Assembly (NCBI GenBank): GCA_043814965.1
Contig: JBDRJN010000003.1
Span: 68,564-132,563 of the forward strand
From: Candidatus Omnitrophota bacterium
Lineage (GTDB): Bacteria > Omnitrophota > Gorgyraeia > Gorgyraeales > Gorgyraeaceae
Length of the DNA: 64,000 nucleotides
Reading direction: 5' to 3'
The notes under the pieces are model-generated. The model did not search any database. It worked only from the letters and a program-made list of their open reading frames with translations, and was not told the origin of the DNA. This document shows positions 36,828-47,023 of this stretch, piece after piece. Every line of letters starts with the position of its first letter. The stretch's first letter is position 1. The position numbers were made by a program, and so were the translations under genes.

Positions 36828-37412
36828 CTAATTAGCAGGTATTATCAATTTCTGGCCAGGCTTGATAGTATCAGGGCTTTTTATAGTATCTTTGTTCTTC
36901 TCATAGATCTTTTTCCATAGCTTGACAGTACCGTACATCTTTTGGGATATTTTCTGTAAGGTGTCCCCTTTTTGGACAACATAGGTCTTCTTTTCCTCTT
37001 TTCCGGATGTCCCGCCAGAAGATCCCCCTCCCTGAGTCTCTATGTCTTGATATAAGGCCTTAGGCTTATCCTCTGTCTTAAAATCTTTGGAGGAAACAGA
37101 GACATCTTCCAAGCTATGCGTTTCTTTAGAGGACTTTTTATCTACCATATACCCTTTGTTCCCTTGCGAAGATTTATATCCTGTTTTTACCTTATCCGTT
37201 GAAGAAGGAAGTTCTATCTCTATGCCATACATCTTCTTTGTCTTCTTCTGGGCGCTTTCTTTGGAAATAGACTCGCTAGACCCTGCTAATATACCTCTAT
37301 TACCGCTAAGCTCCTGGTCTACCCTATCTACTTCATAAGAAGCTGTCCTCACTATACACCCTGCAAGAAAAACTGCGGCGATCAAGAAACTTAAATATAT
37401 GTACTTTTTCAT
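36828..37412 (-). CDS. LysM-domain lipoprotein
   Basis: Lipobox (FLAGC); C-terminal LysM (YVVQKGDTLQKISQKMYG...IKPGQKLIIP). Confidence 0.75.
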   Translation of the reverse strand: MKKYIYLSFLIAAVFLAGCIVRTASYEVDRVDQELSGNRGILAGSSESISKESAQKKTKKMYGIEIELPSSTDKVKTGYKSSQGNKGYMVDKKSSKETHSLEDVSVSSKDFKTEDKPKALYQDIETQGGGSSGGTSGKEEKKTYVVQKGDTLQKISQKMYGTVKLWKKIYEKNKDTIKSPDTIKPGQKLIIPAN

Positions 37413-38800
37413 ACTGCCTCCTTCTTGGATCTTTCGATCTTTATCCCTAGTTCTTTCAACTGCTTGTCATCGACAAAAGACGGCTCCTCTGTCATGGGAG
37501 ATGCTGCCTTTTGAGTCTTTGGAAAAGCAATTACCTCTCTTATGCTTTCTACTCCGCACATCAAGGACAAAAGCCTGTCAAGCCCAAAAGCGATCCCTCC
37601 GTGAGGAGGCGCTCCATAATTAAAGGCCTCCAGTAAAAAACCAAACCTTTCTTTTGCAATATCCATATCCAGCCCTATACGCCTGAAAACCCTTTCCTGA
37701 AGCTCTCTATTATGTATCCTTATACTACCGCTTGCTATCTCGACCCCGTTTATTACCAAGTCATATGCCCTTGAACGCACTTTGCCAGGCGAAGATTCTA
37801 TGAGTTCTCTATCTTCTTCCAAAGGAGAGGTAAAAGGATGATGTTCCATATCCCATCTTTTTTCGTCTTCGTTAAACTTGAACAAAGGAAAATTTAAAAC
37901 CCATAAAAACTCAAAACCTTCCCCGTTTTTTCGTAAGTCAGGTTTATCTGTCTTGTAATTCTTCAGCGCCTCCTCGTGGGTCATCCTGGGAAATGGGGTC
38001 TTTAGCTCCACGCCTATAGATTCTTTGAACACATGATAAAACAATCTTTCTGTTATGCTAAATATATCGGATTCCTCTATAAAACTCATCTCCATATCAA
38101 GCTGTGTGAATTCAGGCTGCCTGTCAGCCCTTAAGTCTTCGTCCCTAAAGCATTTGGCTATTTGAAAATATCTTTCAAAACCAGCTACCATTAAAAGCTG
38201 TTTGAAGAGCTGCGGCGATTGAGGCAGCGCAAAGAATTTTCCCCAATTAAGCCTCGAAGGTACTAAAAAATCTCTTGCGCCTTCAGGCGTGGATTTAGTC
38301 AATATAGGGGTCTCGACTTCTATAAAACCGTCTTTATCTAAAAAATCTCTGATGGACTTACATACTCTATGGCGCAAAAATATCCTACCTTGGATCTCGT
38401 GCCGCCTCAGATCGATATATCTATATTTAAGCCTTACCTCTTCCGAGACATCGGTCATCTCATCCAGTTCAAATGGGGGCGTCTTTGATGTGTTTATTAT
38501 ATCGAGCTCCTCTACTCCAAGCTCCACTCCTCCTGTAAGTATCTTTGGATTATCCGTGCCTTTAGGCCTATTCTGCACAACGCCTGTCACTTTTATGACA
38601 TACTCGCTTCTCAATTCTTCAGCTAGCTTGTTCTTAAAAAATACTATTTGGGTAAGGCCGTACCTATCACGAAGGTCTACAAAGATTATCTTTCCGTGAT
38701 CGCGCCTTTTATGTACCCAGCCTATAAGCGTGGATTTTTTACCTATATCCGATACCCTCAATTCCCCGCATGTGTGTGTACGCTGTAATTTCATAGTCAT
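37409..38800 (-). CDS. aspS: aspartate--tRNA ligase, bacterial type without the GAD insertion (likely non-discriminating)
   Basis: OB anticodon domain, class II motifs 1-3 (FRDEDLRADRQPEFTQLD; GGIAFGLDRL); only 463 aa, with no ~130 aa GAD domain between motifs 2 and 3. Confidence 0.85.
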   Translation of the reverse strand: MTMKLQRTHTCGELRVSDIGKKSTLIGWVHKRRDHGKIIFVDLRDRYGLTQIVFFKNKLAEELRSEYVIKVTGVVQNRPKGTDNPKILTGGVELGVEELDIINTSKTPPFELDEMTDVSEEVRLKYRYIDLRRHEIQGRIFLRHRVCKSIRDFLDKDGFIEVETPILTKSTPEGARDFLVPSRLNWGKFFALPQSPQLFKQLLMVAGFERYFQIAKCFRDEDLRADRQPEFTQLDMEMSFIEESDIFSITERLFYHVFKESIGVELKTPFPRMTHEEALKNYKTDKPDLRKNGEGFEFLWVLNFPLFKFNEDEKRWDMEHHPFTSPLEEDRELIESSPGKVRSRAYDLVINGVEIASGSIRIHNRELQERVFRRIGLDMDIAKERFGFLLEAFNYGAPPHGGIAFGLDRLLSLMCGVESIREVIAFPKTQKAASPMTEEPSFVDDKQLKELGIKIERSKKEAV

Positions 38801-40080
38801 AGATCCTTTTCTTTGATAAAAGCCGCTTTCTGCAATATTGACCCTATATTATAGTCCGCTTCCTCCTGATCCCCTGAGGACATATCCTTAAAGACTACCT
38901 TGCCCCTCCTGATCTCGTCCTCTCCCAGTATGATAACAAACTTTGCGCCTTTTTTCTGGGCGCTTTTCATCTGAGACTTAAGATTTTTCTTTTCATATTC
39001 TATCTCATAGGAGATCTTTTTTTCCTGGGATATATTTGAATCTCTCAGCTTCATCAAGAGTTCGAATGTCTTTCCCTGTAAAACCTCTCCTGCGTTTACA
39101 ATAAAAAAATCCAGCGTGCTTTCTGGGCTCTTATCTGCTTCTTTCATTGCAAGCACGATCCTCTCCATGCCAAATGCAAATCCTATAGCAGGGGTAGGCT
39201 TTCCTCCCATATCCTTTATCAGATCATTATACCTGCCTCCAGCACAGATCGCATCTTTTGCCCCCAGATCCTCCTGCGTGACCTCGAACACGGTCTTGGT
39301 ATAATAGTCCAGGCCTCTTACTATTCTTTTGTCTATTATAAAATCAAGGCCCAGGCTTTTTAAGGCCTTTTTTAATTCTTCAAAGTGGCTGGCACAGCTA
39401 TCACATAAATGATCCGGGGCTATTAAACCGCTGACTATCTTTTTACACTCGGGATTCTTGCAATCGAATACCCTAAGGACATTCTTGTCAAAGCGCGCTT
39501 TACATTCTTCACACAGGCTGGATAAATGAGGCTTTATATTTTTTCTATGTTCTTTTATAAGTTTTATTTTATCCTCTTGGCAGCCAAGGCTATTTATCTT
39601 TAACTCTATCTTTTTTATTCCTATCTTTTCCAAAAATCTCACTGAAAGGGCGATGACCTCTGCGTCAAGAAAGGGGCTGTCAGACCCTATGGCCTCTACT
39701 CCCAGTTGATAAAATTGCCTCTGCCTGCCTTTTTGAGGCCTTTCACTCCTGAACATCGGGCCTATATAAAATAGTTTTGACAGGCTCTCTTTATTGTATA
39801 TTGAATTCTCTATGTATGCCCTTACTATTGAAGCTGTCGCTTCTGGCCTTAAAGAAATAGCCCTACCGCCCCTATCAGTAAAGGCGTACATCTCTTTTTG
39901 GACTATATCAGTAGCATTTCCTATGCTCCTAATAAATAAAGATGCCTCTTCAATGACAGGTGTCCTTATCTCTTTATAATCATATATAGCAAATATATCT
40001 CTGGCAGCAGCCTCAACGCGTTGCCACAATGCTGCTTCTTGAGGTAGGATATCTCTAGTCCCCCGTAATGCCTTTAGCAT
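38797..40080 (-). CDS. hisS: histidine--tRNA ligase
   Basis: LKALRGTRDILP N-terminus, class II motifs, C-terminal anticodon-binding domain; hisS-aspS linkage. Confidence 0.95.
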   Translation of the reverse strand: MLKALRGTRDILPQEAALWQRVEAAARDIFAIYDYKEIRTPVIEEASLFIRSIGNATDIVQKEMYAFTDRGGRAISLRPEATASIVRAYIENSIYNKESLSKLFYIGPMFRSERPQKGRQRQFYQLGVEAIGSDSPFLDAEVIALSVRFLEKIGIKKIELKINSLGCQEDKIKLIKEHRKNIKPHLSSLCEECKARFDKNVLRVFDCKNPECKKIVSGLIAPDHLCDSCASHFEELKKALKSLGLDFIIDKRIVRGLDYYTKTVFEVTQEDLGAKDAICAGGRYNDLIKDMGGKPTPAIGFAFGMERIVLAMKEADKSPESTLDFFIVNAGEVLQGKTFELLMKLRDSNISQEKKISYEIEYEKKNLKSQMKSAQKKGAKFVIILGEDEIRRGKVVFKDMSSGDQEEADYNIGSILQKAAFIKEKDL

Positions 40081-40139
40081 ACACCTTTTCCTTTAAATAG
40101 ATTGCTTTTGTGAATAAAAGATTAAGCGACGAAAGTGGA

Positions 40140-40412
40140 CTATTTAACTTTTGCCTTCATTACAAGGCCTGGTTTAAATACAGCTACCTTCTTGGGCTCT
40201 ACAGGGACCTGCTGTCCTGTCCTTGGATTTCTTCCCATGCGGCCTTTTCTGGATTTTGTCTTGAAGACTCCAAAATTTCTGAGTTCTATGGTCTTTCCTT
40301 CTGCAAGCGCGTCGACTATAGCATCAAATGTCATCTGTACTACTTTTTTCACGTCTATCTGCTTGATGTCAGTCTCGTTTGCGATTTTTACAACTATATC
40401 CTTTTTTGTCAT
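40140..40412 (-). CDS. hup: HU/IHF family nucleoid protein
   Basis: MTKKDIV...ELRNFGVFKTKSRKGRMGRNPRTGQQVPV; start at the internal ATG with an AAGGAGGG RBS. Confidence 0.9.
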   Translation of the reverse strand: MTKKDIVVKIANETDIKQIDVKKVVQMTFDAIVDALAEGKTIELRNFGVFKTKSRKGRMGRNPRTGQQVPVEPKKVAVFKPGLVMKAKVK

Positions 40413-40516
40413 TCTGACCCTCCTTCGATTTTTTCGTATCTGATTTAATTGCAAGGGGTAGTGTAACACGAAGATAGAGCTTATGTCAAGAACTTTTAAA
40501 TCTTAAAATCTATATA

Positions 40517-43500
40517 TCAGTTTTTATTTTTTTCAAAGACAATATGGTCTTGCCCTATAAGCTCTTCTATCTCTATGACCATATCATTGGTAGGATTCAC
40601 AAAACAATCTTCATCCACTACTATACGGTAAGAGCCATTGTTCTTTGTAGAGACATTCAGATATACCGGTATATTGCCTTTATGTTTTTTAAAAAGGCCT
40701 TTTAGTTTTTCCAGCATCTCTTTTTCCATGCCAAGAGAGACCAGGTCTATTGAGACAGCCTGGGTAAAGCGAAGCCTTGCCTCATCAATGGGTATTATCT
40801 CCTCAACTATTATTTTGGGCCTCTCTTCTTTGAGGTCCAGCCTCCCATCTATAAATGCAGCAAAATTCACCCTTGCAAATTTTGACACATTTTTATAAGC
40901 TGCTGGAAAGATCAATACCTCGACCCTTCCTTCCAGGTCTTCCATCATCATGATAGCCATCCTCTCGCCAGTACGCTTGGTAACGGTATTTTTTACTTTG
41001 TTTATTATCCCCCCAAACCTTATCTTCGAGCCATCTTTAAGGTCTTTAAGCTCCTTTGTAGTAGCCGTGGAATATTCTTTCAATATATCGCTGTATCGCG
41101 CAAGCGGGTGCCCGGTAATATAAAAACCTAGCATATCTTTTTCAAAGCTCAAAAGCTGCCCCTCGGGCCATTCTTTTATATCAGGCGCAGCCTCTTCACG
41201 GCTCTCATCACCAAAAAGAAGCATCTGGCCGATAGACTTCTCTTTCTGCAGAGTATTTGCCTTTTCCATAGCTATATTAAGGATCGCCATAAGCTGAGAC
41301 CTTTTAAGGTTAAAGGTATCGAAAGCGCCGCACTTAATAAGGCTTTCCAGGATCTTCTTATTCACTGTCCTGGAGTCTGTACGCTCGCAAAACTCTGTAA
41401 GGGTTTTAAAATAGCCTTTTTCTTCTCTTGACCTGATGATAGATTCTATAGCTCCTACGCCTATATTTTTTACAGCGCTCAAGCCAAATCTGATAGCATT
41501 TTTCTCAACCACAGAAAAATCCGAAAAACTTTGATTTACATCCGGAGGCAAGATCTTTATATTCATCCTCTCGGCTTCATTTATATACTGGACTATCTTA
41601 TCTGTGTTATCTTTTTCACTTGTCAGCAGCGCTGCCATAAATTCTATCGGGTAATTTGCCTTTAAAAAAGCTGTCCTGTAAGATATCATCGCATATGCGG
41701 CAGAATGGCTCTTATTGAACCCATAACCAGCAAAATGTTCTATCAGGCTAAATATCTTCTCAGCTATTCTTTTATCTACCTTATTTTTACTAGCTCCTTC
41801 TATAAAAGCCTTTTTCTGCTGGTCCATTACCTCCGGGGTCTTCTTACCAATAGCCCTTCTCAATAGATCTGCCTGAGCAAGTGAAAATCCCGCAAGCTTA
41901 GATACGATCATCATGACCTGTTCTTGATATACTATTATGCCGTATGTCTCTTTCAGTATAGATCCAAGAAGAGGGTGATCATATCTTACCTCTACCTCTC
42001 CGTGTTTTCTTTTCATAAAATCATCCAACATACCGCTGCCGATAGGGCCAGGCCTATAAAGCGCGAGGAGCGCTACTATATCCTCAAACTTCTCAGACCT
42101 GAGCTTCCTCAGCAGGTCTCTCATCCCTGAACTTTCCAGCTGAAATATACCTATAGTCTCTGCGCGGGAAAACAATCTATACGTCTTTTCGTCATCTATG
42201 GGGATACCTGCTTCATTTAGATCAATACCCCGTAACTGTTTTATCAGTTTTATAGCCTCTTGGATGACGGTAAGGGTCCTTAACCCCAAGAAGTCCATCT
42301 TCAGAAGGCCTATCTTCTCGAGAGAAGCCATTGCATACCCAGTAGAGATCTGGCCATCACTTGTCTTAAAAAGAGGCACGTGGCTTGCGAGAGCATCCTC
42401 GCTTATAACAACTCCTGCCGCATGAGTAGAGGCATGGCGAGTAAGGCCCTCGAGATGTCTTGATGTATCTATAAGTTCTCTTATTTTTGTATCTTCCTTG
42501 TAAAGGTTCTTTAGTTCTGGTTCTTGCTCGAGCGCAAGCTCAAGCGTGATGTTAAGGTCCGTTGGCACAAGTTTAGCGATCCTATCTACTTCACTATAAG
42601 GAATATCCATGACCCTGCCGACATCTCTTATTACGCCTCTAGCAGCCATAGTGCCAAAAGTGATTATCTGGGCTACGTTGTCCTGGCCGTATTTATTGAT
42701 AACATAATCTATTACCTTGCCCCTATTTTCATAACAAAAATCTATATCAATATCAGGCATAGTAACTCTTTCTTCATTCAAGAACCTTTCAAATAAAAGA
42801 TTATATCTCAATGGGTCTATATCTGTTATACCAAGACAGTAACTTATGATGCTTCCCGCAGCGGACCCTCTTCCTGGCCCCACAGCTATGCCTTCGCTCT
42901 TTGCATAATTGACAAAATCCCAGGTGATCAAAAAATAACTGGTATATCCTGCTTTATTGATAACCCTGAGTTCATGTTCAAACCTATCCCTTATCTCTTT
43001 GGTTGGGTCAGGGTATCTTTTTTTTAAGCCCTCCTCGCACAGCTCTCTCAGGTATTTTTCATGCGTAGTCCCGCCTGGTATTGAATAATGAGGCAAATAT
43101 GTACTCGAAAAGTCCAACTCGAGATTGCACTTCTCTGCGATCTCTATAGTGTTCAAGACCGCTTCAGGTATATCCTTAAAAAGTTCTTTCATCTCTTCAG
43201 GGGACTTGAAATAGAACTCCTCTGTCTGCAATTTCATGTGCCGCGGATCATTAAGAGTGGTCTGGGTCTGTATGCAAAGAAGCGCTTCATGGGCTTTGGC
43301 GCTGTCTTTGGTAAGATAATGGACATCATTTGTTGCGACAAGTTTTATGCCAAGCTCTTTACTGATGGGTATGAGCACACTGCTGACCTTTTTTTGTTCG
43401 GGTATAAGATTGTCCTGTATCTCAAAATAAAAATTATCCTTACCCAATATATCCTGATAAGTCCCTGCCAGCTCTTTTATCTTATCAACCTTTCCTTCGA

Positions 43501-43951
43501 GAGCTAATCTTGCGATCTCACCTTTCAGGCAGCTGGAAAGGGCTATAAGGCCTTCTGAATATTTAGACAGGACTTCTTTGTCTATCCTGGGCTTATAATA
43601 AAACCCCTCCAAGTAACCTATAGATACAAGTTTCATCAGATTTTTATAACCGGCCTCGTCTCTTACAAGAAGTATCAGATGGTTTGATGTCTCGCCGCCA
43701 GAATAGATGGTCTTATCAAGCCTATTATTAGGAGCTATATAGATCTCGCATCCTATTATAGGTTTTATGCCGTTTGCTATACAGGTCTGATAGAACTCGA
43801 TAGCGCCGAACATGTTGCCATGGTCAGTGATAGCAAGGCCTGGCATCTTAAAACGCCTGGCAGCATCTACTAGTTTTTTTATGAGGCAAGCTCCGTCGAG
43901 AAGACTATATTGGGTATGTACGTGTAAGTGAACAAAATCTGAATGAAACAT
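40517..43951 (-). CDS. dnaE: DNA polymerase III alpha subunit
   Basis: 1144 aa; PHP domain (HLHVHTQYSLLDG); polymerase core (GRGSAAGS, PDIDIDF); OB fold. Confidence 0.95.
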   Translation of the reverse strand: MFHSDFVHLHVHTQYSLLDGACLIKKLVDAARRFKMPGLAITDHGNMFGAIEFYQTCIANGIKPIIGCEIYIAPNNRLDKTIYSGGETSNHLILLVRDEAGYKNLMKLVSIGYLEGFYYKPRIDKEVLSKYSEGLIALSSCLKGEIARLALEGKVDKIKELAGTYQDILGKDNFYFEIQDNLIPEQKKVSSVLIPISKELGIKLVATNDVHYLTKDSAKAHEALLCIQTQTTLNDPRHMKLQTEEFYFKSPEEMKELFKDIPEAVLNTIEIAEKCNLELDFSSTYLPHYSIPGGTTHEKYLRELCEEGLKKRYPDPTKEIRDRFEHELRVINKAGYTSYFLITWDFVNYAKSEGIAVGPGRGSAAGSIISYCLGITDIDPLRYNLLFERFLNEERVTMPDIDIDFCYENRGKVIDYVINKYGQDNVAQIITFGTMAARGVIRDVGRVMDIPYSEVDRIAKLVPTDLNITLELALEQEPELKNLYKEDTKIRELIDTSRHLEGLTRHASTHAAGVVISEDALASHVPLFKTSDGQISTGYAMASLEKIGLLKMDFLGLRTLTVIQEAIKLIKQLRGIDLNEAGIPIDDEKTYRLFSRAETIGIFQLESSGMRDLLRKLRSEKFEDIVALLALYRPGPIGSGMLDDFMKRKHGEVEVRYDHPLLGSILKETYGIIVYQEQVMMIVSKLAGFSLAQADLLRRAIGKKTPEVMDQQKKAFIEGASKNKVDKRIAEKIFSLIEHFAGYGFNKSHSAAYAMISYRTAFLKANYPIEFMAALLTSEKDNTDKIVQYINEAERMNIKILPPDVNQSFSDFSVVEKNAIRFGLSAVKNIGVGAIESIIRSREEKGYFKTLTEFCERTDSRTVNKKILESLIKCGAFDTFNLKRSQLMAILNIAMEKANTLQKEKSIGQMLLFGDESREEAAPDIKEWPEGQLLSFEKDMLGFYITGHPLARYSDILKEYSTATTKELKDLKDGSKIRFGGIINKVKNTVTKRTGERMAIMMMEDLEGRVEVLIFPAAYKNVSKFARVNFAAFIDGRLDLKEERPKIIVEEIIPIDEARLRFTQAVSIDLVSLGMEKEMLEKLKGLFKKHKGNIPVYLNVSTKNNGSYRIVVDEDCFVNPTNDMVIEIEELIGQDHIVFEKNKN

Positions 43952-44021
43952 TTTTGTATTGCGTAAGGTATGGTTGGATTACTTTTTACTGATCACGGAT
44001 TACTGATTACTAGTTACTAAC

Positions 44022-45182
44022 TCATTTCCCCATGCCGACTCTTTGGACTCTTTGCATCAATTTTCCTTCTGTCTTGATAGAAGGAGCTATTATCAGCTCT
44101 GTCAATTGCATTTCCTTTAGATTTCTAGCGCCGACATTGCCCATAGATGTCATAAGAGCTCCTACAAGGTTCTGGGATCCATCATCAAGCCTAGCAGGAC
44201 CAAAAAGTATCTCTTCTAATGTCCCGGTCGTATTGACTCTTATGCGGGTACCTCTGGGTAGATTTGCGTGAGGCGTTGCCATGCCCCAATGATAACCTTT
44301 CCCAGGAGCCTCTTTTGCCCTTGCAAATGCCGAACCTACCATGACAGCATCAGCGCCGCTGGCAAAGGCCTTGCATATATCCCCTCCTGAATCCATGCCC
44401 CCATCCGTGATTATAGGAATATATTTACCTGTCTTTTTATAGTAAAGATCTCTCGCATTAGCTATATCTATAGTTGCAGTGACCTGAGGAACACCTATGC
44501 CCAAGACCCCCCTTGTAGTACAGGCTGCCCCTGGGCCGATACCGACCAGCAATGCGCCTGGCCCTGCATCCATAAGCTCAAGCGCGACAGAATGTGTAAC
44601 ACAATTGCCTAAGATGACAGGTATCTTCATTGATCTAATAAATTTTTTGAGATCCACTATCTTGTATTCCTTGGAACTATGCCTGACACTGATAACAGTG
44701 GACTGGATAACAAATATATCAGCACCTGCCTCTTGGGCGATCTTACCAAACTTTTCAGCATTTTGAGGTATTGTAGAGACCGCTGCAGTAGCTTTTTTCT
44801 TTTTTATCTCCTGGATCCTCTTAACTATAAGCTTTTCTTTGATCGGAGCGACATACAAAGACTGCACCAGCTTTGTCGCTTCTTCAGGTGTGGCCTTCGC
44901 GATCTTGTCTAATATCTCTTCGGGGTTCTCATAGCGAGTCTGCACTCCATCGAGATTCAACACCGCAATGCCGCCAAGCCTTGACATCTCTACTGCAAAT
45001 TTAACATCGACCACCCCATCCATTGCAGCAGCAAGGATAGGCACTTTATAGGTCTTACTGCCGAGTTTCCAGCTAGTATCTACTTCGTTAGGGTTTATTG
45101 TTATCGAACCCGGGACAAGAGCAACTTCATCAAATCCATAACACCTGCGAGCCTGCTTTCCTCTTCCTATCCACATCCCCAT
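44022..45182 (-). CDS. IMP dehydrogenase/GMP reductase family protein without CBS domains (GuaB3-like)
   Basis: TIM-barrel IMPDH fold with the catalytic Cys loop GIGPGAACTTRGVLGIG; no CBS pair. Confidence 0.75.
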   Translation of the reverse strand: MGMWIGRGKQARRCYGFDEVALVPGSITINPNEVDTSWKLGSKTYKVPILAAAMDGVVDVKFAVEMSRLGGIAVLNLDGVQTRYENPEEILDKIAKATPEEATKLVQSLYVAPIKEKLIVKRIQEIKKKKATAAVSTIPQNAEKFGKIAQEAGADIFVIQSTVISVRHSSKEYKIVDLKKFIRSMKIPVILGNCVTHSVALELMDAGPGALLVGIGPGAACTTRGVLGIGVPQVTATIDIANARDLYYKKTGKYIPIITDGGMDSGGDICKAFASGADAVMVGSAFARAKEAPGKGYHWGMATPHANLPRGTRIRVNTTGTLEEILFGPARLDDGSQNLVGALMTSMGNVGARNLKEMQLTELIIAPSIKTEGKLMQRVQRVGMGK

Positions 45183-45264
45183 GATATATACCTCCGGTTT
45201 TTATAGGTTAATTTTTACATAATACAGTAATTTTTTAAAAAAGTCAATGATATTTAGGCACGCT

Positions 45265-45500
45265 TGCTATGTTATTTAAACGCTTGAGCAGCACATTATA
45301 TAGCTGACAGGGACTCTGTTCGCTCAAGTGAAAATTTCCCCAGCGTGAAAATTTTACTCCGTTTTCTTTTTCGCTCTCGCTTAAACCTTATCTAATGTAG
45401 GGGAGCCTTAAGGCTCCCCTACCAGTATATACGAGGGCTGACCATGCCCGTTCAAAAGATTTAGGCCTCTCAAACAACACCCACAAAGCATGCAACTTCG
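45265..45500 (+). repeat. composite stem-loop intergenic repeat (hairpin, AT-stem hairpin module, GTAGGGGAGC palindrome, gggctgaccatgcccgttcaaaag module)
   Basis: Hairpin 45270-45319; gaaaatttccccagcgtgaaaattttac (45320-45347); ctttttcgctctcgc; palindrome gtaggggagccttaaggctcccctac (45397-45422); gggctgaccatgcccgttcaaaag (45424-45447). Copies occur at 6198-6345 (inverted) and 49307-49462 (partial). Confidence 0.6.
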
Positions 45501-45562
45501 AGTTTAGATATAGCTACTTCTTGTCCCTAGCGGACTATAAAAGTTGATTTGTGGATAAAGAT

Positions 45563-47023
45563 TTATTGAAGGTCTTTTGGGAGAGTGGTTATGTCTAATA
45601 GCTGTAGCCTGAAAGCCAGGTTCTTCCAGAATAATCTCTCTTTGCGCAGGCTAAGCGTCTCTTTCTTTACATCTATAAAAAACCTTAGCGCTTTTTTTGA
45701 ATGCTCCGGGGATATGTCGTGATCGGAAAAACCTGCTTCCAGGGCACAATCAGTCAGTCCTTTCATAGGATCATAGGGCCCTGGGACAGTTTTTTTCACT
45801 GCATCATAGAAACCAATATAGCCTGTTTCCCTGAATTCTGGTGCCCCGTATATACTCAAGGCGCTGCATAACGCAAGGTACACTTCTTTTATAAAATATC
45901 TCGGCTCTTCTACAGCTTTTCTTGCCAGCAATCTATTTCTTATGAGCGACCTAATAATAAAATAAACTACTATAAGTATAGGCAGTATTATAAAAACTAT
46001 GGGCAGCATAAAAGCCAATGGAACAGGTATCAATATTGGTATAAGCGCCATCAATAATAGTAGGAGCCACCAATTTATTTTTTTTCTTTGGGCTACCCCT
46101 TTTTCTACCTCCATGGCGAGAGAACTATCCGATGATGCAGATATCGATGATACCGGAGGGGTATTCGCCCTGCCGCTATCAGCTGCGCCGCTAGTCCGTG
46201 AAGAAACAACGGGTTCTTCTATGCCACTCTTTAATGCATCTTTTAAGCTTTCTATATCAAGGCCTCCTATCGCGCCTTCTTCTTTTTCTTTGCCTGGTCC
46301 CATTTTTTTAAAAGTCCCCTTGCCTTCCACTAGACTTGCATACATGGGTATCTTAGAATCTCTCAAAAAAGAAGACGCTATGAAATCTAAAGGCAGGTCC
46401 TTGTCCCTCGGCACCAAAGGATATAAAAATGATGCTGCCATTATAATAATAAAAAACATCACAGAACTTATCTTGAACTCCCTGTAAAAAACCCTTCTAT
46501 TGCTTTCTTTTGGCACTAAGAGAGCTCCTCTTTCTATCTTTTCATATAGCACATTGAAACGCATAGTGATAATAAATATAAATAAAAACACTGAACTAAG
46601 CAAGATATAGAAGATCTCTTTCTCGGCAGCAAGCGCTATAGAAATAAATATCAGCATTATAGATATAAACTGCAGGAGGCTATAGTGTTTTGAAGACCTT
46701 ATGCTGACAGCCTGTATAATAGCGATGTAAGAGAATATCAAGGAAAAAGATCTCAATATCCCTTCAAAATCCATCCTGACATCATAAAGCCTGCTAAAGA
46801 CAAAGAAACACACACTTAAAGAAACTACCCCTATAAATAGATCCATGTACTTGATGTACTTGCCCTTCATGTACCAGCTTATAGAAAAAGCAAGGATCAT
46901 GCCCAGTGATACACCCAGAAGATTTGCAGGGCTCAATACCCCTCTTATGCTGAATATAGCCAAAAGCACAAGCACTAGGTTCAGAAAATGATAATTTGTC
47001 CTTTCTCTACGCGCTATGATCAT
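45563..47023 (-). CDS. polytopic membrane protein with DUF4129-like C-terminal domain (third component of the MoxR/DUF58 module)
   Basis: ~6 N-terminal TM helices, a disordered Ser/Ala-rich linker, more TM helices, then a C-terminal soluble domain; 4 bp overlap with the DUF58 gene. Confidence 0.45.
   Translation of the reverse strand: MIIARRERTNYHFLNLVLVLLAIFSIRGVLSPANLLGVSLGMILAFSISWYMKGKYIKYMDLFIGVVSLSVCFFVFSRLYDVRMDFEGILRSFSLIFSYIAIIQAVSIRSSKHYSLLQFISIMLIFISIALAAEKEIFYILLSSVFLFIFIITMRFNVLYEKIERGALLVPKESNRRVFYREFKISSVMFFIIIMAASFLYPLVPRDKDLPLDFIASSFLRDSKIPMYASLVEGKGTFKKMGPGKEKEEGAIGGLDIESLKDALKSGIEEPVVSSRTSGAADSGRANTPPVSSISASSDSSLAMEVEKGVAQRKKINWWLLLLLMALIPILIPVPLAFMLPIVFIILPILIVVYFIIRSLIRNRLLARKAVEEPRYFIKEVYLALCSALSIYGAPEFRETGYIGFYDAVKKTVPGPYDPMKGLTDCALEAGFSDHDISPEHSKKALRFFIDVKKETLSLRKERLFWKNLAFRLQLLDITTLPKDLQ

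Noticed and set aside
43952-44021. Direct repeats ggattact / gattact / agttact between dnaE and the IMPDH-like gene, possible DnaA-box cluster
   Set aside because: No match to TTATCCACA-type DnaA boxes. Too short and degenerate to support an origin or iteron call.
45999-46487. 162 aa plus-strand ORF
   Set aside because: Antisense to the DUF4129-like membrane protein gene. No independent support.
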